Assembly (NCBI GenBank): GCA_937910695.1
Contig: CALEMW010000166.1
Span: forward strand, 41,998-105,997
Reading direction: 5' to 3'
Length of the DNA: 64,000 nt
Source: an uncultured bacterium
GTDB taxonomy: Bacteria > Krumholzibacteriota > Krumholzibacteriia > LZORAL124-64-63
How positions within the stretch are numbered: the first letter of the stretch is position 1; the number at the start of each line of letters is the position of its first letter. The translations under genes and the position numbers were made by a program. The notes under the pieces are model-generated. The model was not told the DNA's origin. It searched no databases and saw only the letters and a list, made by a program, of their open reading frames with translations. Positions 10,172 to 18,714 of the stretch are shown piece after piece.

Positions 10172-11047
10172 ATGCCGAGCTCCGACGTCGAAGTCGTGAT
10201 GGTCCAATTCAAGGGACACCGCAAAGCGTGCTACCACAACGAGAGAGCTGTTCCCCTCGTCACGGGTGATTACTGCCTGGTCGAGGCCGATCGTGGCCGC
10301 GACATGGGCCGTGTCTGCTATGTGGGTGCCAGCAAGCCCCAGTGGTGGCGTGAGGCCCAGCGACAGGGCGTGCTCGACAAGGCCTCGCCCGACCAGCTCC
10401 AGCGACTCCACGAGAACCGCGGCGACGAGTGGGACGACTACGATACCTGTCTCGAAAAAATCCAGATGAGGCACCTCGAAATGCAGCTGGTGAGTGTGGA
10501 GCGCCAGTTCGACCGCAACAAGATCACATTCTTCTTCACGGCCGAAAAACGCGTGGACTTCCGTCAGCTGGTCAAAGACCTGGCCGCGATATTCCGCACC
10601 CGTATCGAGCTGCGCCAGATCGGTGTGCGCGACGAGGCCAAGATGAAGGGCGGCCTCGGACTCTGCGGCCGCGAGCTGTGCTGCAGCACCTTCATGCACG
10701 ATTTCGCACCTGTGACGCTGAAGATGGCCAAGACCCAACAGCTTCCACTGAGCCCCAACAAACTGTCCGGATTGTGTGGGCGTCTGCGCTGCTGCCTCGC
10801 TTATGAGAACCAGGGATATGCTGAAGTCCTCAAGCGGATGCCCAAGGTGGGGGCCGTGGTGCGCGTCGGCGACAAGCAGGGGCGGATCCGCAAGGTGGAT
10901 CTCCTGCGCGAGATGGCGCTCATTTCCTTCGAAGGGGCCGCCGACATGGTGACCATGGCCGTCGCGGACCTGAACTGGGAGCGTCATCACGACCTGCCAC
11001 AGCCTCGTGCGAAGGGCCCGGGCGGCTGCTGCAAGAAGAATCACTGA
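10172..11047 (+). CDS. ricT: PSP1 domain protein (YaaT/RicT family)
   Basis: PSP1 C-terminal pattern including the Cys cluster (CGRELCCSTF...GLCGRLRCCLAYE). Follows holB as in the Bacillus holB-yaaT arrangement. ATG at 10172 chosen; the longer ORF from 10037 overlaps holB. Confidence 0.75.
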   Translation: MPSSDVEVVMVQFKGHRKACYHNERAVPLVTGDYCLVEADRGRDMGRVCYVGASKPQWWREAQRQGVLDKASPDQLQRLHENRGDEWDDYDTCLEKIQMRHLEMQLVSVERQFDRNKITFFFTAEKRVDFRQLVKDLAAIFRTRIELRQIGVRDEAKMKGGLGLCGRELCCSTFMHDFAPVTLKMAKTQQLPLSPNKLSGLCGRLRCCLAYENQGYAEVLKRMPKVGAVVRVGDKQGRIRKVDLLREMALISFEGAADMVTMAVADLNWERHHDLPQPRAKGPGGCCKKNH

Positions 11048-11057
11048 CGGGGGACCT

Positions 11058-11861
11058 TTGCTCACCGACACCCATCTGCACCTGAACCGCGACGAGTTCG
11101 CGGCCGATCTGGACGAGGTCCTGGCCCGTGCTCGCGAAGCCGGTGTCACCCGTTTTCTCAACGTGGGTTACGACCTCGAGAGCAGCGAGGCGTCGGTGGC
11201 CCTGGCCGAACGCCATCCGGAGATCCTGGCGGCGGTGGGAGTGCATCCCCACGACGCTCTCGACCTCGCCGGCGCCGATGGCCGTTTGACGTCGGCAGGG
11301 GAACGCGTTCTGGAGAGGTTGGAGGCTTTGGCGGCCCATCCCCGCGTGGTGGCCGTGGGTGAGATCGGCCTCGACTATTTTCGCGACCTGTCGCCGCGCC
11401 CCGCTCAACATGCTGCGTTCCGGGCCCAGCTCGTCTTGGCCGACCGCGTGAATCTGCCGGTGATCCTCCACATCCGAGATGCCTACGCCGAAGCCATCGC
11501 CGAGCTGACGGACCATGGTCTGCCGGCCCGCCGCGGTATCATGCACGCCTTTGCGGGCGATGAAGAGGTCGCCCGCTGGGGCGTCGAGCGTGGTTTTCTG
11601 CTCGGGATCGGCGGTCCGGTCACCTACAAGACGAGCCTTCTGCCCGAGGTCCTGACCCATGTCACCCCTCGTGACGTGGTTCTCGAAACCGATGCCCCCT
11701 GGCTACCGCCTGTGCCCCATCGGGGGCGGCGCAACGAACCGTCCTATCTGGCATTGACCGCGGCGAGGGTGGCCGAGGTCTTTGGTCTGAACGAGGCTGA
11801 TTTGGCATTCCAGGTCAGGGTGAATCTCGAACGAGTGCTGGGCATGGAGGTGGCGCCGTGA
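11058..11861 (+). CDS. tatD: TatD-family metal-dependent hydrolase/DNase
   Basis: N-terminal DTHLHL metal motif, GEIGLDY, VILHIRDA, ETDAPWLPP. In-frame TTG at 11058 avoids overlap with the upstream gene; the ORF is open from 11007. Confidence 0.85.
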   Translation: MLTDTHLHLNRDEFAADLDEVLARAREAGVTRFLNVGYDLESSEASVALAERHPEILAAVGVHPHDALDLAGADGRLTSAGERVLERLEALAAHPRVVAVGEIGLDYFRDLSPRPAQHAAFRAQLVLADRVNLPVILHIRDAYAEAIAELTDHGLPARRGIMHAFAGDEEVARWGVERGFLLGIGGPVTYKTSLLPEVLTHVTPRDVVLETDAPWLPPVPHRGRRNEPSYLALTAARVAEVFGLNEADLAFQVRVNLERVLGMEVAP

Positions 11862-12709
11862 CCGCGGACGACCGTCTCAGTCAGCAGGAGCTGCTGCGCG
11901 CCCACGGCGTCAAGCCCACCAAGAAGAGAGGCCAGAACTTTCTGATCGACGGCAATCTCGCCCGCGCCGTCGCGGGCGACGTTCTGGCCTTGAGCTCCGA
12001 TGTCCTCGAGCTCGGAGCCGGCGGCGGCGCCCTGACCCGCCCTCTGCTCGACGCCGGTGCCAGCGTGTTGGCGGTGGAGGTCGATCGCGGGCTCTGCGAA
12101 CTGTTGCGCAGCGAACTGGGCGCGGAACCGCGCTTCACCCTTCATGAGGGCGATATCGCCCGCCTCGATTGGGCCGCTCTGCTGGCCGTTGCGGGAGCAA
12201 GCCCCGTGGTGGCGGGGAATCTGCCCTACGTGCTCACCAGTGAAGTTCTCTTCGCTTTGGCCGATCACAGGGAGCGGACGTCGGGCGGCGTATTCATGGT
12301 GCAGCGCGAAGTCGCCCAGCGTCTCGTTTCGGGACCGGGCGGCAAGGAGTACGGCGTGCTCTCGGTTCTGTTGGGGTCCCTGTTCGAAATCGAACTGGTG
12401 CGGCAGGTACCGTCCAGCGTATTCTGGCCGCGGCCGGATGTTAAGTCGGCCATCGTCAGGTTGAAGCCCAGAGCAGATGCTTGGGAACAAGATGAGTTTC
12501 TGGCGTTCAAGGACGTGATCAAGTCCCTGTTCATTCATCGTCGCAAGCAATTGTCTCGGATCCTCCGCACACGTCTGAACGACGACGCCGACGCGGCACT
12601 CGATGTGTTGTCGAAGGCGGGCATCGCCCCGGGGGATCGACCCGAGCAGGTGGACCGCGGTCGGCTGCGTGAGCTGGCTCGCAGGGTTACGGAGTGGGAG
12701 CAGGCGTGA
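11858..12709 (+). CDS. rsmA: 16S rRNA (adenine1518/1519-N6)-dimethyltransferase
   Basis: KKRGQNFLID signature, SAM motif (VLELGAGGGALT), NLPY motif (VAGNLPYVLTSEV). GTGA overlap with the tatD stop. Confidence 0.92.
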   Translation: MTADDRLSQQELLRAHGVKPTKKRGQNFLIDGNLARAVAGDVLALSSDVLELGAGGGALTRPLLDAGASVLAVEVDRGLCELLRSELGAEPRFTLHEGDIARLDWAALLAVAGASPVVAGNLPYVLTSEVLFALADHRERTSGGVFMVQREVAQRLVSGPGGKEYGVLSVLLGSLFEIELVRQVPSSVFWPRPDVKSAIVRLKPRADAWEQDEFLAFKDVIKSLFIHRRKQLSRILRTRLNDDADAALDVLSKAGIAPGDRPEQVDRGRLRELARRVTEWEQA

Positions 12710-14769
12710 ACCGTAGGCCATACCGCATGCCATTGATCATCGGCGTCTTGTGGGTGATTCTGTCTTCAGCGATCGGGACGGCATCGGCCCAATCGTCTGC
12801 GGCTTCCGATACTGTCGCAGCGGCGGCGGCCGATTCCAGCGCCGCGACGGAGCCTGCGGTCATGTCAGGCATCGAAAGGGCCATGGCCCTGGCCCAGAGT
12901 GGACAGCAGACGTTGACTCCAAGGGTTCCTCTGATCACTAGCTGGACCCGCAGCCCCAGCGCGTCGGCGAACGCGGCTCTGCGCAGCGTGATCTTCAGCG
13001 GCGGGTTCAACAACACCTTCTCGTTCAAAGACGGCAGCCTGATGTCCCAGACCGGCTCGCTGTCTCATGAGTCTTACCGCACCAAGGAGACGACCAGCTC
13101 GAAACGCGATGGGACGGTCACATACCGCTCGCCGGGCAAACAGCTCTTGTCGTACGACCTCACTCTCCTCGAGAACTGGAACGAAGAGGAAATCACCAAC
13201 ACCACGGGCCAGACCACCATCAACCGGCGCGACTTCAAGCAGGCACAGGCCGGGATCGGCGCCCAGGACATCGTCCTCGGCGGTGTGACTCACGATCTGG
13301 ACCTGACGGGCGCCACCACCAATCAGGCGGGCGTGCAGCAGAACCAGCGCAACGATTTTTCCGAGGCCAGTCTCGCCGGCGCCTTGCGCTCTTCGTGGGA
13401 GCCGCTGGAGGGACTGCGATTCAAGACGGGCGCCTTCACCATGACCGAGTCCGGTGAGCGCTCCCTGGGAGTGCAGACCAATCCCTCGTCGGCCAACGGC
13501 GATACGCTGCGGGCGGGGGTGGGCTACAGGCGGGGCCGGCTGATCGGCAGCGTCACGGTCAAGAATTCGAATTTCGAAAAGCGGTATCTGGATTACCGCC
13601 GCAATGCCAACGGCGTCATCGACACCATCGGGGCCACCGAGAAGATTGTCGAGGAGCTTGAGAGTAACGATGCGGTGACATTCGAGTGGAGCAACGAAGT
13701 CCACGCCGGTTCGGCCGTGCTGAAGGTGTTGGGAAGCCGCGACATATCCGAGAACAGTTATCTGCGGAGCGGCGTGGGCGTCAAGGAGCGGCGGCAGGAC
13801 ATGGCCGACGTCAGCCTCTCCTTTCGCCTCGGATCTGCGGATTCATTGCGGCTGTCCTACAAGTATCTTTGGGGCTGGAGCGACCAGACATATCAGGGTG
13901 CCACGATTCCCCGCGGTCGGCAGGTCACGACGAGTCAAACGGTCAAGGCCCTCTGGGTCCATCAGCTCTTCGCTGACACCGACCTGGTGCTCAATCTGAA
14001 CAACGGCATCAGCCAGGACATCGCCCAGAACATGTTCAACCAGAACGACCGCGACCGCATCGACGCCAGTGCCAACCTCAAGCTCCGCACGCTGTGGGAC
14101 AACGGCGTGTCCGTCGACCTCGTCTTCGATGCGCGGCGGGTTGAGGATATTTCGATCCGGAGTTCGCGCTCGGCCAACAACAGCGTCAAGGACACCTACG
14201 AGATCAGTCCGCAGTACAGCTGGCCGGTCGCGCGCTGGCTCGATATCGAGCAGAGTTTCCGGGTCTGGATCCAGTACACGGACTTCTTGTTTTCGGATCT
14301 GGAGGCCGTGAACAAACAGGACGACTTCAACAAGCGCGGCAACCTGGAGACCTCGGTCATTCTGCATCCCAACCAGAGGCTTCGCGTGACCATGCGTCAC
14401 AACCACAGCATCACGCTCAACGGCAAGAAGATCAGCGACGACGTTGTGGGCAACAGCTACTACTTCTTCGAATCCGATCAGCGCGTCGACAAGTTGAACG
14501 TGAGTCTGGCCTACCGCGTCAACGACTGGTTCTCCCTCGAGGGGACCACCTACAGCGGCCGCGATCTGAAGGAGTCGTACGGGGACAGGATCACCGTGAC
14601 CGACCGTTACAGCGGCGATATCGGCGTAGGCTGCTCCGTCGACAAGGGATTCGGCCAAGGGCGCAACCTGAAGCTCAGCGTTCGCAAGATCTACGCCCAC
14701 GGCCCCAGCATCCGCGATGAGGGAAAAGACTATTGGGACGCCGATTTCCAGCTGAATTGGGGGTTCTGA
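12706..14769 (+). CDS. Uncharacterised outer-membrane beta-barrel protein (about 690 aa)
   Basis: Signal peptide (RRPYRMPLIIGVLWVILSSAIGTASA), Ala/Ser-rich linker, then about 600 aa of alternating amphipathic short strands. Ends in ...DADFQLNWGF (terminal Phe, typical OMP C-terminal signature). GTG at 12706 overlaps the rsmA stop (GTGA). No family motif recognised. Confidence 0.6.
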   Translation: MNRRPYRMPLIIGVLWVILSSAIGTASAQSSAASDTVAAAAADSSAATEPAVMSGIERAMALAQSGQQTLTPRVPLITSWTRSPSASANAALRSVIFSGGFNNTFSFKDGSLMSQTGSLSHESYRTKETTSSKRDGTVTYRSPGKQLLSYDLTLLENWNEEEITNTTGQTTINRRDFKQAQAGIGAQDIVLGGVTHDLDLTGATTNQAGVQQNQRNDFSEASLAGALRSSWEPLEGLRFKTGAFTMTESGERSLGVQTNPSSANGDTLRAGVGYRRGRLIGSVTVKNSNFEKRYLDYRRNANGVIDTIGATEKIVEELESNDAVTFEWSNEVHAGSAVLKVLGSRDISENSYLRSGVGVKERRQDMADVSLSFRLGSADSLRLSYKYLWGWSDQTYQGATIPRGRQVTTSQTVKALWVHQLFADTDLVLNLNNGISQDIAQNMFNQNDRDRIDASANLKLRTLWDNGVSVDLVFDARRVEDISIRSSRSANNSVKDTYEISPQYSWPVARWLDIEQSFRVWIQYTDFLFSDLEAVNKQDDFNKRGNLETSVILHPNQRLRVTMRHNHSITLNGKKISDDVVGNSYYFFESDQRVDKLNVSLAYRVNDWFSLEGTTYSGRDLKESYGDRITVTDRYSGDIGVGCSVDKGFGQGRNLKLSVRKIYAHGPSIRDEGKDYWDADFQLNWGF

Positions 14770-15371
14770 TGATACTCTTTCGCCGCGGTCTGATCTTTGC
14801 TATACTTTTGACGGTTGTTTTATGTGCGGGATGCCTGTTCGAGCCCCGCGATCCTGAACTGCCCGGAACGAACACGATCGATTATCTGCCGCCGCTGAGT
14901 ACGGACAACGTGCTGGGCAACCTGGAACGTGCCCTGGCGGGAGGGGATCCGAGCGGATACGAGAGGATGCTCTCGGACGATTTCGTGTTTGTTCCCGACA
15001 GCGGCGCCCTGTCCAACTACCCCGACGTCGATTGGGACGGTTGGGGCAAGGATCAGGAAGTCGCATGGGTCGGCAGTTTTTTGGGTAATGTCGAAAGCGT
15101 GACGGCCGATCTTCAGGCCGAGGAGTTCGGTGACGAGCCGGGCACCAGCAGCGCGGAACTCCGTTACGTCTACGCCCTGACCGTGACGGAAATCGGAGAC
15201 AGCCAGGTGCTCTATCGGGCCCAGGCCACTCTCGAGTTTCATATCGACGGCACCGAATGGCGCCTGACACGTTGGACGGATGAGCAAGGAGAGACCGACC
15301 CCGATTCCGGCGCCCTGTTGCCCTCTTTGGGCCAGCGCCGCGGGGCCTACGCAGCTTCGGGAGGTAGTTGA
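14769..15371 (+). CDS. Small putative lipoprotein, NTF2/SnoaL-like (paralogue 1)
   Basis: ATG overlaps the barrel stop (TGATG, 14767-14771). Hydrophobic leader ends in LCAGC, then a Pro-rich stretch. Shares a motif skeleton with the next gene. Confidence 0.55.
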   Translation: MILFRRGLIFAILLTVVLCAGCLFEPRDPELPGTNTIDYLPPLSTDNVLGNLERALAGGDPSGYERMLSDDFVFVPDSGALSNYPDVDWDGWGKDQEVAWVGSFLGNVESVTADLQAEEFGDEPGTSSAELRYVYALTVTEIGDSQVLYRAQATLEFHIDGTEWRLTRWTDEQGETDPDSGALLPSLGQRRGAYAASGGS

Positions 15372-15461
15372 TCGGATATTGCTAGCCTATGATGTGACGA
15401 ACGATAGTCAGCTAGGAACGACGATCCGCCCGTTATGGGTACCGACCTTTTGGAGGTCATC

Positions 15462-16055
15462 ATGCGTAAAGACACCACCGCCCGACTGCTCGTGCTGGCA
15501 CTGGCTCTGCTGGCATTCGCTGCACCGGGCTGCATTTTTTCTCCTGACACGGGGGATACGAACCCAACGAACCCCCCGGAGTATGTGTTCGCCAGTACAG
15601 CCGAGAAGCTCATGCAGAATTTCTCGACCGCCTACACCCGGCTTGATGCCGCTACCTACCGGGACATGCTGGATACGCGCTTCCAGTTCTATTACACAGA
15701 CGGCACAGATCACGATTACAACACCGAGGTGCGGATCGCCGAGAACATGTTCTCGGGCGATCCACCGACCAATCCGGGTAATGGCAGCACCAACAATGGT
15801 ATTCGATCGGTCAACGTAGATAAGATCCTGCCCCTCGAGGGTTGGGTGAACGTATCAGCGTCTCATCCCGACTTCGGTGGGATTTCGGGTGCTAAGCGTG
15901 GGTTTTACGATGTGCAATTTATTTTCCACCATGACGCCGGCACCATCACTGTGACTTCGACACAATTTTTCTATGCTGTGCCTTTGCAGATCATTGTGGA
16001 CGGCGAAACCAAGACTGAATGGAAGCTGCTCGGGCAGGAAGACATCGCCAAGTGA
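15462..16055 (+). CDS. Small putative lipoprotein, NTF2/SnoaL-like (paralogue 2)
   Basis: GGAGG RBS at 15452-15456, ATG at 15462. Leader MRKDTTARLLVLALALLAFAAPGC. Aligns by eye with the preceding gene (N.(L/F)..A(L/Y)...D...Y..ML(S/D)..F.F ... EW(R/K)L). Confidence 0.55.
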   Translation: MRKDTTARLLVLALALLAFAAPGCIFSPDTGDTNPTNPPEYVFASTAEKLMQNFSTAYTRLDAATYRDMLDTRFQFYYTDGTDHDYNTEVRIAENMFSGDPPTNPGNGSTNNGIRSVNVDKILPLEGWVNVSASHPDFGGISGAKRGFYDVQFIFHHDAGTITVTSTQFFYAVPLQIIVDGETKTEWKLLGQEDIAK

Positions 16056-16078
16056 GCCATACCGTAGCCATGTTTGGA

Positions 16079-16108
16079 GAGGGGGAGCCCATAGCTCCCC
16101 CTTTTTGT
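16079..16108 (+). terminator. Rho-independent terminator ending the surA...lipoprotein operon
   Basis: gggggagc / ccata / gctccccc followed by tttttg (stem 16081-16088 and 16094-16101, T-tract 16102-16106). Confidence 0.7.
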
Positions 16109-16142
16109 TGGCATTCCCCAACGCCCCGCTTATCGTGACGGC

Positions 16143-17603
16143 ATGCGAATTCCAGGACGTCAATCGAAGATCCGCAAGGGACGCGGCAAGGGCCAAGGTA
16201 CAACCGTACGTTCACGTCGTCTGATGTGGCTGGGGGGAGGCGTGGCCGCCGTCGCCCTCGTCGTGCTGGGCGTGCTGAACTGGGCCCAAAGCCCAGAAGG
16301 CCACGCCACGCTGCTGCGTTTCGGTGTGGAAGGTTACCGGGATGATGTCGTGGCCGATGTCGACGGCGTGCTGGCCGCGCGGTTTCCCGATTTCAACGCC
16401 GCCGTCGGCGACAGCTCCGACACGCTCCATCGTCATGTGCTGGAGGCTCCTGCCGAACGTACGCTTTGGGAGACCCAGGCGGAGCTGCTGGCCGACCTGG
16501 AGGCTGTCGGAGGGCGGGTTCTGTGGGGCGAACGTCTTGAGCGTCCGCGCCGCCGTTATGCAGACGACGACGGAGCGGACCGCGATCTCCTGCGCCTCGA
16601 TCTCGGGGTTCACGACAAGGCGACCCATGTTCTGCTGATCCACCCCGCCGGCACCGAGATCCCCGATGTACGCTGGGGTGGCGACCAGCGGGCCCTCGCG
16701 GCCAGCGACCTGCTGGGCGACCTCGACATTCCCACCGTGGCGATCATCGTAGACGACTGGGGCAACGGCGACACGCCGTCGACCCGCACCATGTTGAAGA
16801 TCGACGTACCGCTGACCCTGTCCGTTTTGCCTGGGCTGCGGTATTCGCGGCGGTTCGCCCTGGCGGCCACGGAATTGGCTCTTCCCGACGACGATCAGGT
16901 CGGTGCGGTGTCCAACACGGTCCAGGCCCGCCGGTGGCGGCGAGAGCGGGGCTGCGACGAGGAGATCGCTCTCGGGCCGTTGCGCCCGATCAAGCCGCCC
17001 CAAAGGCGGCGCGAGGTGATGCTGCATTTGCCGATGGAGCCCCAAGGCTTTCCCGAAATGAATCCCGGGGAGCATCCTGTCCGAGTTGGTATGGCCCACA
17101 CCGTGATCGAGGAGATCATCGACGAAGCCCTCGCCGGTCTGCCCGGCGTGACCGGCGTGAACAATCACATGGGCAGCGCGGTGACCGCCGACCGGCCGAC
17201 CATGGACCGGGTGGCCGAGGTGCTGGCCGAACGGGGACTCTTCTTCGTGGACAGCATGACCACGTCGCGGTCGGTGGCCGCGGAAGCGACCAGGGCCGCC
17301 GGGATTCCGACCCTGATCAACCGTATGTTTTTGGATCAGGCCGAAACCGATCAGGCCCAGATCGAGCGTCTGCTCGCGCGGCTTGTGGCGTCGGCGCGCA
17401 AGACGGGTTCGGCGGTGGCCCTGTGTCATCCATATCCGGAGACGGTGGAGGTCTTGCGCCGGGAACTGCCTCGCTACAGCCGCGAGGGGATTCGTTTCGT
17501 GACTGTCTCGGAACTGATCGCCCTGGAAGAGGAGCGGAGCGCCGCCGCCGCGAAGCAGACCGCCGCGGCCGGCGTGCCCGAAGATGGGGAGGCCGCACCT
17601 TGA
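16143..17603 (+). CDS. Divergent polysaccharide deacetylase (YibQ/DUF610-like), membrane-anchored
   Basis: N-terminal TM segment (MWLGGGVAAVALVVLGVL). Catalytic-domain motifs VAIIVDDWGN, PLTLSVLPG, MLHLPMEPQ, VNNHMGS, FFVDSMTT. The start could instead be ATG at 16224. Confidence 0.75.
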   Translation: MRIPGRQSKIRKGRGKGQGTTVRSRRLMWLGGGVAAVALVVLGVLNWAQSPEGHATLLRFGVEGYRDDVVADVDGVLAARFPDFNAAVGDSSDTLHRHVLEAPAERTLWETQAELLADLEAVGGRVLWGERLERPRRRYADDDGADRDLLRLDLGVHDKATHVLLIHPAGTEIPDVRWGGDQRALAASDLLGDLDIPTVAIIVDDWGNGDTPSTRTMLKIDVPLTLSVLPGLRYSRRFALAATELALPDDDQVGAVSNTVQARRWRRERGCDEEIALGPLRPIKPPQRRREVMLHLPMEPQGFPEMNPGEHPVRVGMAHTVIEEIIDEALAGLPGVTGVNNHMGSAVTADRPTMDRVAEVLAERGLFFVDSMTTSRSVAAEATRAAGIPTLINRMFLDQAETDQAQIERLLARLVASARKTGSAVALCHPYPETVEVLRRELPRYSREGIRFVTVSELIALEEERSAAAAKQTAAAGVPEDGEAAP

Positions 17604-18577
17604 GCCGGGTTGACTTGCTTCGTTGCAGTGCATCAGACGATCGTGCCCGCATCGGCGGCATGCTCGCCGCATGGATGTGCAAGGCCGCCGACGGCTTGGG
17701 TGAGCCCAACGCAGTCCCGCTGGTTCTCGTCACCGAGCATCCGTCCCGCCAACGTGTCCAGGCCCAGTGGGATGCGTGGCGCGAGCCGCTCATCGCGGGT
17801 TTGAACGGGGCCGGCTGGATCCCGACCATGGCGCCTTCCCCTCGTGAAGCGACGTCGACCGCCGCCGAGCTGCCGGTCGGCGGTCGTCACTTCGAGACGT
17901 TTCCGGTCGGCGCCGCCGTATCCGGAGCCGCGGTCTTGATTTCTTTGTCGCGCGTCACGCTCCATGAAAAATCCGGTCTGGAAGGTGTGCTCCACGGACT
18001 GGCGATCGGCAGCGCCGCAGCCGAGGGTCTGGTGAAGATCCAGACAGGCGTTCAGCCCCATGTGGAGCGCGACATGTGCGGCGGGTGCGGCATGTGTGTG
18101 ACCTATTGCGGCAACGAGGGCATCCGTCACAACGGGCATGTGGCGGTGATCCGACCCGAGAATTGTCTGGGTTGCGGCGATTGTTTGGCCGAGTGCTTCA
18201 TGGAAGCCCTGAAGTTCCCGGTCGGAGGCAGCAGAATGCTCATGGAGCGGACCGCCGAAGCGGCGGCTGCGGTGGCGGCCAGCTTCCGGGGACGGTCCCT
18301 GCACGGCGCCGTGTTGATGCCCGAGCCGGCACGGCGGAGCACCATGGCCGGTCACCACGTTCCCCAGCCGGACCTGGGCATCCTGGTGGGGACGGACCCG
18401 CTGGCCGTGGAGCGGGCCGCGGCGGATCTGGTGGAAACAGACCTCGGCGCACCGCTTGCAGAGCTTTGCCGCTGTCCGGAGGATCCCCGTCATCTGCTGC
18501 TCCACGCCGGCGAGGTCGGCCTGGGGAACGGCGACTACGAGCTTGTCGATCATGCTCCCGGTTCACTCCCCGGTTGA
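17600..18577 (+). CDS. DUF362-like protein with an inserted 2x[4Fe-4S] ferredoxin domain
   Basis: Two CxxCxxCxxxC motifs (CGGCGMCVTYC; CLGCGDCLAEC). DUF362-like C-terminus (GILVGTDPLAVERAAADLV). TTG at 17600 overlaps the upstream stop (TTGA); the ORF portion from 16934 to 17599 is an overlap artefact. Confidence 0.65.
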   Translation: MSRVDLLRCSASDDRARIGGMLAAWMCKAADGLGEPNAVPLVLVTEHPSRQRVQAQWDAWREPLIAGLNGAGWIPTMAPSPREATSTAAELPVGGRHFETFPVGAAVSGAAVLISLSRVTLHEKSGLEGVLHGLAIGSAAAEGLVKIQTGVQPHVERDMCGGCGMCVTYCGNEGIRHNGHVAVIRPENCLGCGDCLAECFMEALKFPVGGSRMLMERTAEAAAAVAASFRGRSLHGAVLMPEPARRSTMAGHHVPQPDLGILVGTDPLAVERAAADLVETDLGAPLAELCRCPEDPRHLLLHAGEVGLGNGDYELVDHAPGSLPG

Positions 18578-18714
18578 CTCTCAACACCGTACGTCCTATG
18601 ATTTCGGGCGGTTTGCGGCGTGCTTCGGCGCTGACCGCTTCGTTTCCCGATTGAAAGCGCGGGCAGCGTCCGCGCCGTTGTTTTGCCGTATTGTCCAGCC
18701 ACCGGAGAGGTGTC

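Noticed and set aside
16934-17599. N-terminal 222 codons of the 547-aa ORF 16934..18577
   Set aside because: This part overlaps the well-supported YibQ-like gene in another frame and is Arg/Gly/Pro-rich nonsense. A TTG at 17600 overlaps the upstream stop and gives a sensible DUF362 protein.
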